From the sequence record NC_070993.1: a stretch of DNA of 64,000 nt; one strand, written 5' to 3'. The stretch is from Escherichia phage vB_EcoP_IMEP8. Shown here one piece after another: positions 60,243 through 64,000 of the stretch. The notes beneath the pieces are model-generated. The model saw only the letters and a program-made list of their open reading frames with translations. It had not been told where the DNA came from and did not search any database. Within the stretch, counting starts at the first letter, position 1. The number at the start of each line of letters is the position of its first letter. The position numbers and the translations under genes were made by a program.

Positions 60243-60467
60243 TCATAATGCTTGATACCTTTGGATATGTTCAATACGGGTAGATTGAGCAAATGACGCT
60301 TTAACCGCCATCTTTCTAACTTCTTCCTTACGTTGGTTAGTGTGTACAGTATCCCAATGCTTGTTATCACGTTGGCGCTGTAATATCTTACTACATTTGC
60401 GATGGTTTCCCGTGCTGCGATGTTTCTCACAAATAGGACACTTGCCAAAATTATTACCGAATATCAT
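60243..60467 (-). CDS. small zinc-finger-like protein (74 aa)
   Basis: CPICEKH...H...C motif; alternative frame ORF 60236-60448 overlaps. Confidence 0.35.
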   Translation of the reverse strand: MIFGNNFGKCPICEKHRSTGNHRKCSKILQRQRDNKHWDTVHTNQRKEEVRKMAVKASFAQSTRIEHIQRYQAL

Positions 60468-60727
60468 TTTCTCAATCCCATCTTTCTTAAGACACGGCCT
60501 AGCGTTGTTTCTTGCGTGATAATATAGCTGATCGCTTCACGTTCCAACGTTTCAATTTTCATTGGTGACGGATACCATTCACCAGTAAGCACGCATTTAC
60601 ACTCAACGCCATACTTTTTAGATAGGCGGTAATGTTGACCGTTGACAAGATTCCTATAAATCGTGGTATGCGTAACTAACATGATCGTCACCTTTGATTG
60701 TATTCTTTGATTAATGCACTGAATCAA
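60464..60727 (-). CDS. hypothetical protein (87 aa)
   Basis: ORF only. Confidence 0.4.
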   Translation of the reverse strand: MIQCINQRIQSKVTIMLVTHTTIYRNLVNGQHYRLSKKYGVECKCVLTGEWYPSPMKIETLEREAISYIITQETTLGRVLRKMGLRK

Positions 60728-60793
60728 TACACTGATAAAAGAAAAGGCGCTACCCGTTAAGATAGCGCCTTATGTTTATTTGAATTATCTTAC

Positions 60794-61702
60794 TTATGCT
60801 GCCTGACGTGCCGCCATAATCTCAGCCGCTTTACGCAATACTTCCTCTTCTTCTGCTTTCGCAGCTTGCTCGGTACGGGTAGCAACCGTTGAAGAGATAC
60901 GACCGCGCAGACTTTCTAACTTCTCCTGAATAGCCGAAATAGTCTTTTCCATTTCATCAGCGTATGAATCGAGTGATTCCAGCTCCTTGCTTGATGCGTT
61001 CATCAGATAATCGTCAGAGATCGCTACCGTTGATGCCGTTACTTTCTTGATGAGTGAATCAAAGGACTTTTTAACTTTCCCCACGTCTTCACTTAAGGCA
61101 ATAGTGTTGTCACTGGTAGCGCCATTGCGCTCATCAGCCAACAATTTGACTTCAATACGGATTGCATTCAAGCGTTCAACCAAAGCGTAAATATCCTGAT
61201 TAAAATCTTCCTTGTTTTTCGCCGGAATTTGCAGATGGGCAGCCACGTTGTCATTGCAACCTTTGAAGAAGTTCGGATTATCCACTTCAATTTCACGACC
61301 TAATGCAAAGTTTTCGAAAGCATTTGACCAGCGAGCGCGATTTTGTTCCATTTTGGCCTTAATTTGCGCTTCTTTCGCATCTTCTTTCGCTTTCGCTTCA
61401 CCTTCCAGATTAATCCACTTTTTACGCCCATTTGCCGCATCGGTGTTAAACTTGATCGGAGTCAGGAAAGTAATTGCAGTGGCAATTACATCCATATCGC
61501 GGAAACGTTCGGTTAACAGAAAATCAACTGCCGACTGCAATACGTCCAGCTTTTTACCGTTACTGCGGAAGTGCTGCAAGTGCCCTAACAGAAAATTAGA
61601 AACATCTTGTTTAATCGCCGCGTTATTACTGCGAATGTTGTTAGCCAGTGCGTTAAAACCAGATTCTTTTACCAGATTGAAAATTTTAGCCATGATATTC
61701 AC
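60794..61702 (-). CDS. first gene of minus-strand early block, helical protein of unknown function (302 aa)
   Basis: SD AAAGGTGAA before ATG 61702; preceded by 2.3 kb non-coding region. Confidence 0.55.
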   Translation of the reverse strand: MNIMAKIFNLVKESGFNALANNIRSNNAAIKQDVSNFLLGHLQHFRSNGKKLDVLQSAVDFLLTERFRDMDVIATAITFLTPIKFNTDAANGRKKWINLEGEAKAKEDAKEAQIKAKMEQNRARWSNAFENFALGREIEVDNPNFFKGCNDNVAAHLQIPAKNKEDFNQDIYALVERLNAIRIEVKLLADERNGATSDNTIALSEDVGKVKKSFDSLIKKVTASTVAISDDYLMNASSKELESLDSYADEMEKTISAIQEKLESLRGRISSTVATRTEQAAKAEEEEVLRKAAEIMAARQAA

Positions 61703-62514
61703 CTTTCAATTGTAAGGGCACTATTGCCCCCGCTCGCTATGAGCCTTTTAAGCCATTATTGACTTATCAATATCCACTCAATGTTAAGTAAATATTGATA
61801 AGCGGAGCGGTCTTATCAGGAGTTAACCTTGCCGCTCCCTTATCCGTGGTGTTTCAACTGGTATCTTTAATTAGTCGCTATAAACAGAGCCGACCTGATA
61901 GCGATGATTAATCACCACAATAAGGCAGTGCGTCCGATTCTATTTAATTACATTGCTGTAACCATCGGCAATACCGTCCACTTTGCTTTCGCTCCCGCCT
62001 ATCCTTTTATATCAGCTCTTTATCGCTAGTCATCGCCCACTATGGGATACTATTGCGAAAAAGTCACTAACCGCCTAGTATTCCGGCGTTTTATATCTTT
62101 CGGCAAGTTTACTACATAAACCGACTATGTACTTTCATCATAAGACGAATCTCAAGCCGTTCGCATCGTAAACGTTCACACTAAACCTTATTGTTAAATA
62201 GCAATTTGCTACCCTTTAACCATCCCCCGCCGCCCTCAATTGGGCGTTAATTCGTCGGACTTGTCTGCCCTGATTAGTTTCTTTCACTGTAGCACCGTGT
62301 TAGCGATGGCCGCCGCTACCCTTAACCGTGGGCGATTAGCTTAAACCGTTGCGTGTACTCAATGAATCCGCTTATCAGTGGCGACTTTTCCAGTTAAGGG
62401 ATTGTAAAGCTGTTTGCCCTGATGTTTTAGGGAGCCTTACGCCGTTTTATCTGGTATGCTTTCCGATGGTTATTATCTTCCAGCATATTTAACCGATATA
62501 TGGGGACGTTTAAA

Positions 62515-63275
62515 TTATTAAAGAGCGGTAAATCTGTCAGCGTGCTTTCTCACGCTACGCAACTGTAAGCCGTTGTTTCGCTTTTCACTTAAGCGGTGAT
62601 TTGCCTAGTGAGTGCTCATTATGGACCATGATGTTTTTGCTGTCAATCACTTTTTTAATCTTTTTCGTCGTTCCCGCTATTGGGAGGATATATCAACCAG
62701 CTTTATTTGATTGAAGATTAAGCGATGAGGCTTAAACTTATGATCCATATTGTTAAAGAGCGGTGCTTCTTATTGCTTCCGTTAACGTTGTTTTGTTAAC
62801 TTGTGGTTAGTATGGACTACCTTAACCACGTTTGCAACCTTTTTTATCATCTTCTTTTATTTTCTATCCCTCTTTCTCGCTTGAATCTATGCGAAAGGGC
62901 AAGATGATAAATTTTTAAAGAGCGAGCGGCTCCCATAACACCGCTTGATAATCAGTTAACCTACGATTATTCAGGGGCATGGTATCCGTCTGCCTACGTC
63001 TGACTTGCTTCACTCACTAGGGAGTTACTTGAGCGGTCATCTTGTCTTTCTAAGCTCATTATAGTTCAGGCTTTCCGGTTGTCAATACTCTTTTTAAGAA
63101 TATTTTCACTTTCTAGCCTGATTTTTAAAGAGCGGGGCAATTTCTTGCCTTGTATGTTTTACATCGTACCCGATAGAAATCAGTATACGCGAGCTTTCAG
63201 GAAGTGCAATAGGGTAAAGCAAAATATTTTAAACTTTTTCACTATAGGAAGGTAAAAGAGCGGGCGCACGTGATA
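62515..63275. repeat. iteron-like array: five dispersed copies of TTTAAAGAGCGG-type motif
   Basis: Copies near 62519, 62764, 62925, 63134, 63256 in ORF-free region. Confidence 0.6.
63068..63095 (-). promoter_or_regulatory. near-consensus sigma70-type promoter on minus strand (TTGACA-N16-TATAAT)
   Basis: Plus-strand TGTCAA at 63090-63095 and ATTATA at 63068-63073 give consensus -35 and -10 hexamers directed leftward. Confidence 0.5.
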
Positions 63276-63373
63276 CATCATAGAAAACGGCTTGTAAAGC
63301 GATATTTAGCGGCCTAAAACGCACTATAGCGAGCTAAAAGGGAGTAAGGAATACAATCACCTTAGAAAAGAAA

Positions 63374-63401
63374 AAAGCCTCATGGCGAGGCTTGTGGGGG
63401 G
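63374..63401 (-). terminator. rho-independent terminator (minus strand)
   Basis: GCCTC-ATGGC-GAGGC hairpin followed by T-run on minus strand. Confidence 0.45.
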
Positions 63402-63414
63402 GGGGGTTTAAAGC

Positions 63415-63458
63415 ATTAGGTACATTATGACCATAGGCATGACCACGGGTAAACTATT
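63415..63458. repeat. 44-bp direct repeat, copy B, immediately preceded by G11 homopolymer
   Basis: GGTTTAAAGCATTAGGTACATTATGACCATAGGCATGACCACGG. Confidence 0.85.
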
Positions 63459-64000
63459 TCTACTATATAGGACGGGGAACACACAACCGCATAACAGACC
63501 ACGGGGAAACATAGCAAGATAATGCGGTAATAATATTCCACTTAAATAATTAGTTAACTATTAATAGCATTACTCAAACATCAAAAACCGTTCGTACTAC
63601 GTACTCACGCACGCTGAAAAAGAAAAGAATAAACATCAATTATTAAAAGAAATATAATCATCCACTTAATTAATACATACATCATTATTGCACTCATAAT
63701 CATTACTATTGAAACTATTTACATTCAAACTATGGGGAGCTGCGACTGTTACATGACGGTATTATATCGCCTTAAACTAATCGTTATACAGACCTTTATA
63801 CAGTGCTAGCCTTTCTCTCACTCTTTAAAGGGGAACTAAATAAACGGGTGGGTAATGAATAGGATGGTATACACGGGGAAAGAATAACGGGGAGTAAGCA
63901 CGGGGAAACGCTGGAACGTGGAAGGAGGTGTAAAGGCATTGCCAATAACCCTTTTTTAAATGAGGACTCCCCCCTTTTAGGAATTCGTCGCGGAGCGCCT

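Noticed and set aside
60236-60448. 70-aa ORF overlapping 60243-60467 in another frame
   Set aside because: Almost fully overlaps the zinc-finger-like ORF; only one can be real and the Cys/His-containing frame is more protein-like. Unresolved without expression data.
63406-63416. G11 homopolymer as a biological phase-variation tract or G-quadruplex
   Set aside because: A single homopolymer run cannot be distinguished from an assembly or sequencing artefact from sequence alone; noted within the repeat findings but not claimed as a feature.
62515-63920. CRISPR-like array in the terminal non-coding region
   Set aside because: Repeat copies are short (about 12 bp), imperfect and irregularly spaced (122-245 bp), with no cas genes; inconsistent with a CRISPR array.

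Overview
This 64-kb window reads as one contiguous piece of a lytic tailed dsDNA phage genome with two convergent transcription blocks. The + strand (1-18684) carries a virion module: two tail fibers with S74-type C-terminal chaperone domains, a GH24 lysozyme, Ig-like and coiled-coil tail proteins, a lytic transglycosylase, Q/N/G-rich internal proteins and a 1473-aa protein. The - strand (18729-61702) carries an early/middle block: split family-A DNA polymerase, T7-like primase-helicase, FEN-type exonuclease, SSB-like protein, PhoH, ThyX, dCTP deaminase, thioredoxin, an ECF-like sigma factor, overlapped spanins, HNH endonucleases and many small ORFs. The window ends in a 2.3-kb repeat-rich non-coding region (61703-64000). 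A phage with its own sigma factor (phiEco32/Kuravirus-like) is a reasonable guess that I cannot verify without a database search. The most unusual content is a cluster at 39.7-49.4 kb combining a gamma-glutamyl-cyclotransferase-like protein, an ATP-grasp ligase, a class-II glutamine amidotransferase (Ntn-hydrolase) with a Zn-ribbon tail and an apparent AUU start, and several large uncharacterised ORFs, one or more of which may be amidoligase-like. This looks like an amide-bond-forming or peptide-modifying system of unknown target. Other leads are the 9-mer TAATGTATA found five times (likely a phage promoter element), a 44-bp direct repeat pair 6.1 kb apart, expanded families of small paralogous early proteins, a CCA-adding-enzyme-like nucleotidyltransferase and a Dps-like protein. 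All calls rest on motif reading by eye; no searches were run.
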